A DNA stretch of 63,982 nucleotides from Zygnema circumcarinatum SAG 698-1b (lineage: Eukaryota > Plantae > Zygnematophyceae), in assembly GCA_037447605.1 (NCBI GenBank), contig CM074812.1:1240001-1303982 (forward strand), written 5' to 3'. The position numbers and the translations under genes are program-made. The notes under the pieces are model-generated. The model was not told the DNA's origin and searched no databases. It saw only the letters and a list, made by a program, of their open reading frames with translations. How positions within the stretch are numbered: the stretch's first letter is position 1; each line of letters starts with the position of its first letter. This document shows, piece after piece, positions 27,081 to 39,600 of this stretch.

Positions 27081-30000
27081 ATGGATGAGAAAGGTCCTGT
27101 TATGTCCCGTCCAGCGTCAATGCAAGAAGAGAAGCTGCCGGCTGCCGGAACGGAGCTTGTTAGCAGATGTGCAGGCGGACCTATCTGCAGGCCCCCGCTG
27201 GCTGACCTCCGTTCTGCTGACGCGCTTGTTGGGGGCATTGTTCACGTGATAGGCCTGGTCCAGCAAGCCATGCCGGCTGAGGTAATGCTGCAGCACTATC
27301 CGGTAGCCTGTGTTATTTTCGTTCTTATTTCTCTTTTTTGTTGCTATCCTTTGCTCCTCCTCATGAAGGACTCCCGGCAAAATGCTGCTTTGCTTTAGTT
27401 GCATTCGTCGCCAGGAATTGGAATGTTTTTTAAGAAATGTTTGCAACCAAGTCATCACTGAGGTTATACTGCACTTGTGTCTGTGGTGATAATTGCACAG
27501 GATGTCATGACACGGAGAGGCGCGCGCGCATGCAAGGCTAGCGTGAAGCTGGGAGATGAGAGCAGGAGCTATTTCCAAGTTGCATTGTGGCAGAGCTGTG
27601 CGCGGAGAGAGCTGCAGGTTGGCGACGTTCTTTTCCTTCGCAGCATCCTTCACTAGCCTTCAGTGGCGGTGTATGCAACGCACGCATGCTTGTTATAATC
27701 AATCTGTATGCTGCCGACGCATATGACAGCTATATATTCTACCATGAATCGTGTAAAGGCGACATGTTCAATGTGAAGGAAAGAATGACCTCTGAAGGCC
27801 TCTGAAGAGCTTTCTTTTGTAGGCGTTCTTTTCGAGTGGATGATGTTGCGAATGATCTGCAGAGTCTTAATCTTGTCACGGTGCATTTGTAACGGTCTAG
27901 TTCCTGAGAGTTCTTCTTGGTCCTTGACCGCTTTGAGCAGACATAAAGATTAGCACGTTTCGTGGCAAAACAGAAGGTTCGTCGTTACATTCTTCCTCGG
28001 TGCTAGTGGCCTTAAAGTGCCGGCAACTGGCTGAAGGCAAAGGTAACCGTGAGTTTTCTCCCCTGAGCTGTGATGAATTGATGAATCTCAATGTTATAGG
28101 TTCAAAACGCATTCTGTTGTAGTGGTTCTCAAGACGAGGTGATGCCAAGTTTCTACTATCTACGCTTCCTGTCACAGTTTTCCTGCCTCGGTATTCAAGC
28201 TACGAGTACGTTGATTTGATAAAACGATTTTGAGTTCTTGCTGTATGCAGATTTGGTTGACGCAGTCAGTAAATTCTCCAAGGAGCCAGCTTTCAAACGG
28301 AGGCTGAGTGCGGTATTGGAATGGGCAGTGCAAACACAATCCACTCTCATATCATTGGCTGCAGGCGGCTTGGGCGCCCAGCTGCAGGTCTCAGCGAAAC
28401 AGAGACTATATTCTTATCGCAATCTTTCAGGATGTGGTATGGACGACAGGTTCAAGGGAGCAGACGGTAAAAGACCGAGAGGTGCGTTGCTAAAGCAGGG
28501 ACCAGAAGGTACAGCCATCCGTACAGTTCAGGAGGGGGAACTGGCGAACCAGGCAAGGGTGATGATGCAGAGAGAAGAGAGCCTTTGGGGAGAAAGGACA
28601 AGGACTACAACTGCTGACAAGTTGGACTACCTTGCGAAGATCAAAGATTTAAAAAGCTCGGGTGAGTAGACATACTACTGGTGATCTCACTGACTCAGCT
28701 GACTGCGCTGGTTTTGGCGATTCACATGAAGTCGCACAATAATTATGTTTAAATTACCTAGAATGGATGACACATCCAGGCCAAACGGATTTTTTTTCCG
28801 TGCCTGTACTTTGGACGTGTTCAGATGCTGTCTGGTAGGGGATGGGTGCATAAGAGGCCATTGCCTGGTAACGTTGAGGCCAGTGGAGCTTGTATGATGG
28901 TTTTTGCGTTGCATTTTTTGTAAGCCTTGCAAGCTTGATAGCCGGATATGCTAAGTGAAGTTGCGACCATCCAGGTCCAGAAAAACCATATAAATTGATG
29001 GATTGTGATGTTTGAGCACCTGCTCGAGAAGCTTTGTGTTTGATCCACTCTCACCTTTGGCCTATGGCTTGTATTTGACGAGTGAAAATTTCTACGATTG
29101 CTCACAGTACAGTAGCCGGGCAGGGAAAAGGATGCTATTGTTCATGATCGATACTCCATATTGATTCTGCTATTTGCCCTTTTGTATTTTTGTTTTTGTG
29201 CCTTTGCACTTGACAAAGACATACTTCTCATAGCTTTAGGAACCTGTTGGAATGACTGGTTCTCTCCACTAAGACCTTTCATCCCTGCGGATTTGTATCC
29301 TCCAGCCATGATTGAGGTGGATGCCTGGGTCGCTCGTTTTGTGGTTCCACCGCCACGTCATCAGCACGCAGGCGCTGAAGTCTGCTCAGAAGGGATACCA
29401 TGGTGCAGTGAAGGAGGCCCGATGTTCAAAAACAATCGTCATGCTCTGCATAGCCTAATCGGCCATGGCTGCCTTAGCTGTGGACGAGAGTGGCCTGAGG
29501 AGTGCATTCGGTGAGTGTCCTGAGGGGTTTTAACTTCAGACGCTAAGTACTGCGAACAACAAGAGAAGGAATGGAATGGAAGGGGCTTGAGACAGAGGAG
29601 TTCTTGATGTTGCAAGTTGTACTTTTCCATGTTTTTCATGAGGCATTGAATTTGAATTTACACTCATGCTGCATGATCTTGCTCACTTTCGCTTATAAGT
29701 TCATTGAGCTGAAACATTTGTCACATGAACCTTCGTTGTGCAGCTGTCCATGCTGGGATCCAATTATGCCAGAGTTGATAAAGATGGAAGGCTCTCTGGC
29801 TGGCGTCCATCATCATACGGCGGATGATGGCCGTGGATTTCATAGAGCCTGTAAAATGGGTGTCATTTATCGCCCCTTTTCGGTGAGTATTATTCTCGAC
29901 GTAGCACCGGGTTGAAAACCCCCTTTAACAGATGTTCCTTCTGTTTCTTAGTTAGCTCCGTTGTTCACCTTGGAGACCACGATCCCCATAATGAGGATTG

Positions 30001-30399
30001 TCTATCTTCACATAACAGGTACACCTTTGGGATGAAACATCGACCATCTCTTCACTCGTCCCAAATCATGTCGCTGAGCAAATGTTCGCGGGAATCGAAG
30101 CGGGCAACTTGAAAAGGAGTTTCAAGTCGACGAAAACTACTTATCACGGCGGTGGTTCTCAGAAAAGGTCAGATCAGTATGAGGGATGTGCGGAAACGTG
30201 TGAAGAAGCAGATGCTGTGGACAGGGAGGCAATTGTCCTCCTCCTCGTTTATGCCCTTCTGGGCAAGAACAGCAAGTTCCGCTTCAGCATCTTGTACGAC
30301 GCGGATAGAGAATGCAGCCCACAGTCGCCGTATAGACTATGTTTGCAGGCATTCTCTGCGCCTCCTGTAAGGGAGGGAATCCTTGGGCCCTTGCGCTAA
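27081..30399 (+). CDS. OB-fold + Zn-ribbon (CxxC) nucleic-acid-binding protein; At3g17030-like / SHLD2-type OB fold (7 exons)
   Basis: In-phase exons 27081-27281, 27501-27642, 27941-28042, 28251-28661, 29306-29510, 29744-29882, 30019-30399. OB-fold pattern VKLGDESRSYFQVALW..GDVLFLRNIKI; LSAVLEW; GCLSCG; VIYRPFSVHLWDE..MFAGIEA; LLGKNSKFRF. All resemble the recalled plant family. Continuity requires the U12 intron 27643-27940. Confidence 0.75.
27643..27940 (+). other. U12-type (minor spliceosome) intron with GC-AG termini
   Basis: 5' end GCATCCTTC vs U12 consensus RTATCCTT; branch site TCCTTGAC at 27921-27928; AG at 27939-27940, 13 nt after the branch A. Removing it restores the frame (..FLR-N-IKI..) and skips an in-frame TAG. 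Confidence 0.75.
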
Positions 30400-31094
30400 C
30401 CCGTTGGCCTCTTTCCTCTGCCAATGGTTGGAGGGATTGCCTCCCCATGACATGGTTGGTCCCTACCTCACAACGTGTAGGATCCTACGAATGCGGGGCC
30501 TCGCTCGAAGAGAAGAATGAACTAGTATTTATCACGAGATGGTGACGGAGGAAATGAATATGTAGTGGCCGGGGTGTATCAGGAAGGCGAGGCACTATGT
30601 ACAGCATGAGTGAAGTTTCTTCCAAAAACAGCATTCTCGATGTGATGATTCTGAAAAAATTCACTGTCTGGTTCAGTAATGAAACACGTAAATTCGTCGA
30701 TCTTGACACAACTTTCAGAGCTGTTCTCCATTGCGGATACAGATTAGTTTAGCATCGTAAACCTGTCAATGGCTGCTCGCTAGGCCGACCTATGTTACGG
30801 TCGTTGCGACCGGAATTTGGCAATAACTGGAACTGAACTACATGTGTAACTGAACCGCAGCGAGACCACCATGGAACTGGCCCTCGGCCGCGCGCAGCAT
30901 CGGAAGTCGCAGTCAAGGGCGCCTTTCATTGTGTCAACCAATCAGAGCGTGCCACGTAATCTTTGATTTTTAGTATTGTCGGACGTGGAGATCTCCCATT
31001 GATCAGTTTATGATGACGTGTCACGAGTTACGGATCCATCCCGTTCTGTGGATCTCGCGCTCACACGTGGCAGCCCCTCCGTGTAGCACGCCCC

Positions 31095-31190
31095 GTTCGT
31101 ACGATTAGACGGCTCCACAATGCAAAGTACGGTTATGTCCGTACAGTGGTATGTCCGGTAGTGGCCGTACATGTTTCGTACGGTACGGCA
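31095..31190. promoter_or_regulatory. Dense GTAC cluster (SBP-box/CuRE-type core) upstream of the coiled-coil gene
   Basis: GTAC at 31099, 31127, 31141, 31167, 31178 and 31183, mostly as CGTAC/GTACG. Similar clusters occur upstream of other genes in the window. Confidence 0.5.
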
Positions 31191-32355
31191 GCATAAAGCA
31201 TCCGCAGAGTTCGGGCTGAGGGAGGGCCGCAAGCCGCCGCTGGAGGGGAGGGTGGAAGAGGGCCAGAGTGGGCGAGGGAGAGGGAGTGGGAGAGGGAGAG
31301 AGCGGGAGGGAGGGGGAGAGAGAACGGTAGAGGGCGGAGGAAAGGGAGAGGAAGCAGGTGAAGAACAAGGCGGGTAAGGAACATCTGCTAAAGTGTTTCT
31401 TGCCTTATGCTTGTATTGGAAATGGCTGACTGGATACAGGAGGGTGAGTGGAAGGGGATGACGGGAGAGGTGGGAAGGGGTAGGATGTGCGCAAAGATGG
31501 AGCCAGCTGTGGGAGGGGAGAGAGTGAGGTGGCGGTGATGAGGGGGTGAGGGAGGGACTGTAGGAAGAGGAAAGAATGGAGAGGGATAGGAGGGGGGGGA
31601 GAGGGGGCAGTGTGTAGAGAGGGAGATAAGCGAGCTGTGGAGATGTGGAGATGAAGGAGGAGAGAGGAGTGGGTGCGACATAAGAGTGGCTACACTTCGA
31701 GTGCTTGGCATTATCTCAGAGGCTGCATATTTTAGTTTTTGTTGTTCCGTTTTCGCGGTTGCTGCTTGGATCATGTTATCTTTATGTAGGAGGCAGGCTG
31801 CTGTCTATCATGCGGGGAGCCTCTCTGTCTGCCATTCCTCTTTTAGTGTGTGCTTCTCTTGTTTGACAGAACGTGTTGTGCTCGTCCTTGGCTGCTTCTG
31901 TCCATGTTGCCTTCCGCTTATGTGAGATATCAGACGCCATTTCTCGGATTGAAGGTCGTTTTTGTTTCCTTTTGAGAAAGCTGACTGAAGTCTTGCTGTA
32001 CGTGCTGTTGACTCTCCAATTTCTCTTGCAGTTTCATTACAGTTTCAATCCGGTGTGATCATTTGCGATCACTATCATCATTTGATCGTACCATATTTAG
32101 TCGCCTTGTCATTTACTTTCTCTTGGCTTCAGTTAACTCGTTTCTCCCTTGTGAATGATTTGAAGTGATTGGTGTATCACAGCATACTTGATTATGGATG
32201 GTGGTTTGAAGTATCTAGCTGTATGCATCTTCCTAACAAAAAGGACGAAGGGGAGTGATGCACTTTAGTTTTGATGACTCAAAACGCACCAAAATTATGG
32301 CCTTCGTTTGATGTTTTTGGTTTTCGTCGTCTTAGTTTATTGCGCAGGTATATCA

Positions 32356-34644
32356 ATGGCTGGAGGTCAGAAGAAAAAGGGGAAGAAGCCGGGCGGACAG
32401 CCTGCAAAAGGCGGAGAGAACACAGCAGCGTCATCTCTTCCTACTGATGCTATCGCTGGAGACGGCAGCACCGTTCCAACTAGAGCTGAAGGAACTTCAG
32501 TTTCTGATGCTTTCAGTGATGCCAGCAGTGTGGGACATGCTAGTGATGTGGCCACGAGTGATGTTACAAATGGCTCGGATTCCGTGAGTGCTGCAAGCAT
32601 CACGGCGACGGATGGAGGCTCGACAACTTGGTCGAGAGATACTGAAGTGGGGAATGACGATCTTGGTGGGGTTGGGAAGAGCGTTAAGAATTCTTTGGAG
32701 GAAAAATATGGAAAGTATGGGTTGATTGAAGGAAATGGCAATGAAGCGTATTTGGAAAATGGGGAAGGCGTTGTCACTCCGGAACTTGTAGAGTTAAGGG
32801 CTGAACTTTCAGCTCAGAAAGTGAGGTGTTCAGAGCTTGCAGCTCGGTGTGAGGAATTGACAAGTGTGAATCGCAAACTGGAGGAGGAAAAGGTGAGTAT
32901 GAAGGATGAGGCAGATAAGAGGTCTAAGGAGGTTCAGGACCTGCTTCATGAGAAGGAAATTATTAAAACAGATGCAGAAACTTTTTCAAATGACTTGACA
33001 AGCATGAAGACTCTGATTTTGGAGTTTAGCAGTACAACTGAATCACAATTGAAGGAAATTCAGAATTGGAAGGAAAAGACATCTATTGCAGAATCAAGAG
33101 CGGAGGATGCAGAAAAAAGGCTGCAAAGTGCGGAGGAAAAGGAGAAAGAAGTCCGAGAGCGATTCGAAACTTTGGCCGAGGAGAAGGAGGAAGAGGTCAA
33201 GTGCAGAAAAGATGCAGAGAAACTTGCTATGGAAGCACAGGAGAAGCTGGCTGGCAAGGTAGCCGAGTTGACGCAATTGGAGAACCATCTTGGAGAGCTC
33301 AGAGTTGAGCAAGAAAGCTGGATGGATGAGAAGAAGTATTTGCAAGAATCGTCCTGGCAGGCGGTTGCAAGAGCAAATGCTGCGGAGGAAAGAATGAGAA
33401 TCGCTGGGGATAGGTCTCAAGCCGATGAAGAAGCGGGTGCGAAGGTGAGAGAATTGGAGAGCGAAAACGAGAAGGTAAAGAAAGAGAACGAAGAGCTGCG
33501 CGTATGGAAGAGGAGTGCTGAAAAGAAGGCAACAGATGAATTCGAGGCAAAAATGGCTTTAGAGAGGATGAAGGTCGCTGCAGAGCGGGAAGCTGCGGCA
33601 GCAATAGAAAAGGAGAAGAGTTTAGAGAAGGAGCTGGACAGGATGAAGAGTAAGATCCAGGAGCTGGAAACTGAAGTACAGAAATTGGGAGATGTCGGAA
33701 ATTCTTCCGAGGGAGCAAGTCAAAGGACAGGAGATTTGGAGACACAGACGAGAGAATTGGAATCTACTGCAGAGAATTCAAAGAGGCTATATGAGGATAT
33801 GCGGAGGGAGAAGGCGACAGTTGATCAGGAGCTAAGGAGGGCGATAGAGAAGTATGAACAAGTAGAAGCTGACGCAGAGCAGCAGACTAAGGGGCTGAAG
33901 GCGAAAGTGAGCTCGATGGAAAAAGAAAACTCCAATTTAACCAGGTACATTTTGAGAAGCAATAGTTTGGATCCATCAGGTGTTGAGTTTGGAGTACCAT
34001 GTGATGCCTAACTCTTTCATCCTTTCATATTCCGTTGCTCGTGCCACGGCCCTTCTATACTCCTGTCGTCATAGGTAGATGTCTGATGTCAGCCCGTCTT
34101 GTCGAAGTTTTTTTTTCTGGTTTTCGTATTTGTTCCCATAGCATTTAGATGAGCATTGTGAGAGTTTTCCTAAACCCACAAAGCTTTAATTCGTATGAAG
34201 CCCAGAGGTCCCACTCCGCTGTTTCCTTTCAGTTTGCTTCTGATCTTGAGAGTAATCCAATCCATCATTTCCCGCCTTCACAGTAATGGGGTTTAAGGTG
34301 TTGGTGGCTCGTTGTGCAGCCAAGTGCAAAAGCAGGAGGCGGACATGGCCAGGCTTCTTCACCAGCTTGGTGCCATCTCGCAGGAGCTGAAAGCCGTCGA
34401 CGAGGAAAGGGTGAAATTCCGGGAATTGAACGACCAACTGAAAGCACGCCATCGTGGCATGGACTCCTCCTTGATGAGTGCTACGGCAGATGCAGAACTT
34501 CTGAGGATGGAACATCAGGCCCTGAAGCAGCAGTTCCATGCGAACTGGAGCCGTTGGACGGCTGCAGCGGCGGTGGCTACGGGAGCCATTGCAGTGGTGG
34601 GACTTGTGGGAAGGATGCAGGCGAGGAGGCTGGGAGGGAGCTGA
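32356..34644 (+). CDS. Tail-anchored long coiled-coil protein (PMD1/PMD2-like architecture), 637 aa
   Basis: Exons 32356-33944 and 34320-34644 (phase-2 GT-AG intron); probable 5' UTR exon ending near 31374. Heptad-rich E/K region and C-terminal hydrophobic WTAAAAVATGAIAVVGLVG followed by RMQARR. The family call is from architecture only. Confidence 0.7.
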
Positions 34645-36625
34645 GGCCCTCCTTTTGCAGCCTGAGGCTCTCTCTCACTCTCGTTTTCTCTCTCTATCTC
34701 CCTCTCTCTCGCTCTCTCTCTGTGAGGTAGTAATAAGAGTACGTACGGTTGATATTGAAGGTGCAGGGTCAGGCAGGAGTGTGGGAGGGGTTAAGGCTTG
34801 TTGGATGATTGGCAGAACAGCAGAACTTGTGTATGGGGGAGAGACAAAATGGATAGGCGGTAATAACGGCTGGGCAAAAAAGAAGCAAGTTTGACATCAG
34901 CGCAGTGGATGCGAGAGATGGAAGACGTTGGCAAGAAGAGAGGGAAGGAGAGGGAGAGAAGAAGGAGCGCTGAAGCTTGGTTCCGTCGCCATTGACGACT
35001 TGCGAGCAGTTATGGCGGCTGCCAGACGACACAGGACTGGGTTGATGGGAGCGGCTAAACGGAAATATTAGGGTTCAGATTCGGACATGATCGGAGTTTT
35101 TTGATGACCGAATTGAGTCGACATTGCTATGAATAGGATACGTGTGCAGCGGCCTTTCCTTGGGCTGCATAATAGTTGGAACTGAGCTGCAACTGCTGTG
35201 TCCCCCTGTGAAGGAGAGAAGGAACTTTGGAGGAGAGGAGACTTTTGTCGTTTGTAGGGAAGTGAGCTGCAATGGGAACACTCTCCACTCACGAGTCATC
35301 ACTTTAACTCAGCCGCCTAAGGTTTCCTTTTCTTCCTTTTTCAGTTCTCTTTTCGAGCTTATAACGAAGAGTTAGATAAGGCTACTTCTCCGGAAAAAGA
35401 GCGGAGGGAATTGACTTTTTTTTCTGAAACAATCTGATCAAATTGAGTGTGGCGATCAAGATCTGCTTTCCCTGTGGTCCCGTAAATCATCTTTTCTAGC
35501 TGCAGCTTTGTTCTAATTTTGGTGTTTGGGGATTAGGGTTTATGGTGGAGTGATGCTACCGAGGTGCTTCTGAACATGTTCTGTCAAATCCAGTGGGGGT
35601 TGTCACTAAAAAAAAGGAAAAAAAATATGCCGTTTGTTTTGGGTGAAAGGAAGTCTCACGCCAGCCCTGCAACTGGATTGAATCTGGGAAGTATTCTTTG
35701 TCTGTCACGAAGAAAATTACTGCCTTCACACTTTCATGCGACTTTGGAAGACCGAGACCCTCTACTGAAATTTTGCAGCAGTCCCTTTCCCTTAACAGTT
35801 GCTTAAGTGAAAACTAACAGAAGCCACCGCTTCTTGGTCTCATGTCCCGTGTCTTTCCTTCTGCAACACGTAGATCCGCGATGCGGTCAGTTGCAATACC
35901 AATTGCTGTAGCATGAGCCAAAAAACTCTCCAACCCATATCTCTTTAGACTTTTGAAGTTCTCACGATGGGAAGGGTGTTGGTGAAGATTGTGATGGCCA
36001 CGACTAACCCGTCTTCATCACAATTCAACGGCGCCTTTTTCAGTTCCTCGTGGTTCCTATGATGATTTTGGCATGTACATTTGATGGCATCATCGCCTTC
36101 GTGAGATCAACGTGACATCCTTTCCCCCTTTTGAGAGTGCGACTGACATACGAAACGACCATCGCGGTTCCCGCTACTGTCTGCAGTATCCGCCTTTGGG
36201 AAATAATTGGAAACTGCTGCACTACACAGCTGGAGCTGCCTGACAACCTAGCACTATACTGTAGTGACCTCATTGCAGTTCAAAAGTTGGAGCATTGCCT
36301 CTCAATTTATTCTTCTCCTGATCTTTATTTTTTATTTTTATTTTTTTGTTGTTTCATGTGCTTGCCTACAACGTATACTTTTCAGAAAAATGGTCGATCA
36401 CGAGATCAGCACATTAAAGAAGGGCGGGGATGGGGAGGGAGAGAGGCCAGTGACAAGTCTGAGAGATTTGACAGTGACGCCGTAAGGAAGCGGAACTCCT
36501 GCATTGGCATGAAGACAGAACAATTGTAATGTACTACGCACGTCTGTGTGTGTTCAAATGCTTGTAATAATGATCATCCTTCAGTTGACAGAAGCATACG
36601 GGGGTACAGCTCGGCATGAGCTGGT

Positions 36626-39600
36626 TCATAGAAAGGAGAAGATACTCTCAATCTCGTCGTTATAAGAGGACGGCGTTTCTGACGTTCCATTGCAGTCAGC
36701 TTCATCGCTGACGTCGATTCTGGAAAGTCCAGAGGGCATGTCGGCAAACCTGGGAAGAGTACGGCAAGACAAGCAGAACAGTACGAACCTTCTCTCAGAC
36801 GTTCTTGAACTGTGGATGTCCCATTGCAATTAGTTCCTTGCATCCGCTACAAGAACTAATGAGTGCTGAGCTGAGCACCTTAAGAGGACGGAGTTCTGGA
36901 AAGTCTTACCTTATACTCACATCTCGCTCGGCTGACGTGTCTAAGGACATGTCTGCAGGTGCCTGGCTGCTGCTTCTTGACACATCATTCTGAAAACGTG
37001 CCGAATTCAGAATGTCACCGGCTAAGCTCGTGCCCTTCGTATCATTCAGCTTCTCCTTCTCTCCTTCTGCGTGAAGAATACCATTGTCTTTCCAGGGGGT
37101 ACTTTGTAAGTAAATGTTCTCCTCTCGCCTCAATCCTTGCGGTGCATTTGAAGTAGATCCAAGATCATTTTCGGCCAAATCTTGAATTGCAGATGCGGAG
37201 GAAATTAGGGACGATAAGCATGGCCGTTGGTCTTGTTTAAACAAACCGGAGTCCGAAGTAGATGGGTTAGTAGGTGAGCTTCCTGGATATAGCAGTGAGT
37301 CAAAGAGGCTGCAAGCAGGTTCACTATCCGGTGAATTGGCCACCACTGAATGCCCGGCTGAAATCACCGATGGTCCAGAAGGGGCTCCTATGTTGTCAGC
37401 TATGGTGGCCTGGTTGGAGCCTTCACTTACATCCCCATACGTCCCAGTTCCACCTGCACCATAGGAAGCGTAACCCAACGAGCACAGGAACGGGTCTTCA
37501 AATTCCATTCGTGGCTTGCGCCTTTTCTCAGGATCGTGAAGCGGAAAATCAGTCGTGCATGTCGTAGGTTGATCGTGACAGTCTGGAGTAATTGCCCGGC
37601 TATAATTCTGTCCGATACTTGTTGAGAATCCTCTCGGTTCTTTGAACTGCTGCTTGTGACGAAGCCGTTCTTCTGTTCTTAACTGGAGGGGTTGCTGAAT
37701 GAACTGCCCGTTCTGTTCTCCAGATAGTACTGCTGAAGAATTTGCAGCGGGCGCACCTTTTTCTTGTCTGTTGCCAACTTGTCCAATAGCAGTAAGTGGA
37801 CGAGAGAAGTAGTTGTACGTTCCTGACAAGTTCCCCTGACAGAAGTGGTCGTCATGATCAGCTTCGGATGTGTGTGATTGCCAATATGGCTTTGGACCAT
37901 GGGAACGTTTTGAAAACTCCGAGATTTTCCGAACACATTGTGAGGTCTGGACATTCTGAGTGTGTCCTTGCTGCTCCACTGCACCGGTCGAGAGTGCCGG
38001 AGCATTGGTCGTAGAAGACATTGGACGTGAGGTTGGAACAGCGAGAGGAGTTGGTGATGGAATGTACCGAGACAGTCCTGTCGTGTCAGTCAAACTCTGT
38101 GATCTATTCAGGTGATGGGGCTCTCCGCTTGCTATGGCTGAAGTTGCTTGCCCACTTCCAGTGCTTGAATGACCGTTCCGCAGAGGAGCTTCTACTTCAG
38201 AAGAAGAGGTGATGGAGCTGCTGTTGGAAGAAGCTGGAATGCTAAATTGACCGCCTGCGTTCGGAAGGGTCTTGCTTTTCTTCCGAATGTGGGAGAAGAT
38301 TGATTCTCCAGGAGGTGTTCTTGGATCATGTGGAAACTGTTGCTTCGCAGAAGTGAGCTCGTTTGTGGACTGTACAGGCTTCGCTTCCCATAGTCCTGCA
38401 AACCATTACGATGGCAACGGTCAGCTCCCATCTGTCACATTAAAGGTCTCATAGCGGCCCAGCAATATGGTAAGGCTGCCACTATGGAAGCGATAATCGA
38501 GGGGATATTCTCAATAAGTGGAGAGCCTCTAGGAATGGGACGTAGTCTATGGGTAAGGCCACAACTGCAGAGTCTCAAGAAGATTTGATTGCCAAGTAAC
38601 GACACTTAACAATGGGATGGAGCAGGAGGATCTCACCGCTTTGCCATTCCTGCCAAGCCTGAGGAGACCAATGCAGGTGTTTTTTGCAGCAGACATGTTT
38701 GCATGTAGATTTATCTGCTCCAATACAAGCAGACAAAAGACGATTCGTAGCATTTCAGACAGTATTTTTCCAAAGGACACTGGTTTTAAGTGCGGTAAGG
38801 TGAAAAGGATTGCAACTCTACACACACGAGAGCAGCTGGAAAATTACAAGACGTGAATATGTAGACCGATCAGTTCAGACGTACCTCTGCAACGGCACCT
38901 ACATCCTTGACTCTGGCTCTCTTCATCCGTCACACTCGAGGATGCAATTGAAATCCCTGCCCCAAGTAGCAGTTTTTAATGAAACTGCTTAGTATAGTGC
39001 AAGGAATAAAGCAAGCGTTTGCATCGGAGCACTGTCAAAACAGACAAAAAAGATCGATTGCGGTGTACAGGAACTTCATTTTGTTGAAAGGACTCGGTAA
39101 TGCTCACTTTGTCTGTCGTCATTGTCGTTGTCTGGCAAGAGCTTGAAGCTTGGCCTTCAGCCAACAAAAAAGGAGGAAGTCAACACGCTTGTTTGCATCA
39201 TAAAGAAATGAATACGACCAGTCCTGTAACTCATAAGAGGCCGTACATTCTCGACCGCGGGAAGAAAAATACAAACAAGAAGAGAAAACCCAAAAGCACT
39301 CATCCAGCCGATATTCAATCTAAATGGACAATGTTTCTTCGAATTTGCAGCTTCGATTAGAAAAATATCAAGAAACAAACTCACATGGTGTCCAGAGAAT
39401 CGTCGTCGAAATGGGGTGCATTCCCTTGGTTGCTGCAGGACCTTTTGGACGGGGTCAGCATGGGTGTAGGCTCTGGGCGATAGGCCTCCATATCCGCCAT
39501 ACCTAGTAATGTTTGTCGGTCCAACGACACCTTTGTTTTTTGCTTGTTTCCATCACCTGGAGGCATCCTCTTCTGTACAATCGGATGGCGCTCATAGATT

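Noticed and set aside
32308-34011. 567-aa ORF as a complete single-exon gene with a signal peptide
   Set aside because: The hydrophobic start is intron sequence before the acceptor at 32347. The real start is ATG 32356 and the CDS splices at 33944 to a TM-bearing exon.
35102-35185. TGATGA...CTGA spacing like a C/D-box snoRNA
   Set aside because: No terminal stem and no recognisable rRNA-antisense guide; these short boxes occur by chance.
36906-38093. 395-aa standalone ORF
   Set aside because: It continues in frame upstream to 38395 and splices to the SIFSFL exon, so it is the MER3 tail exon and not a separate gene.
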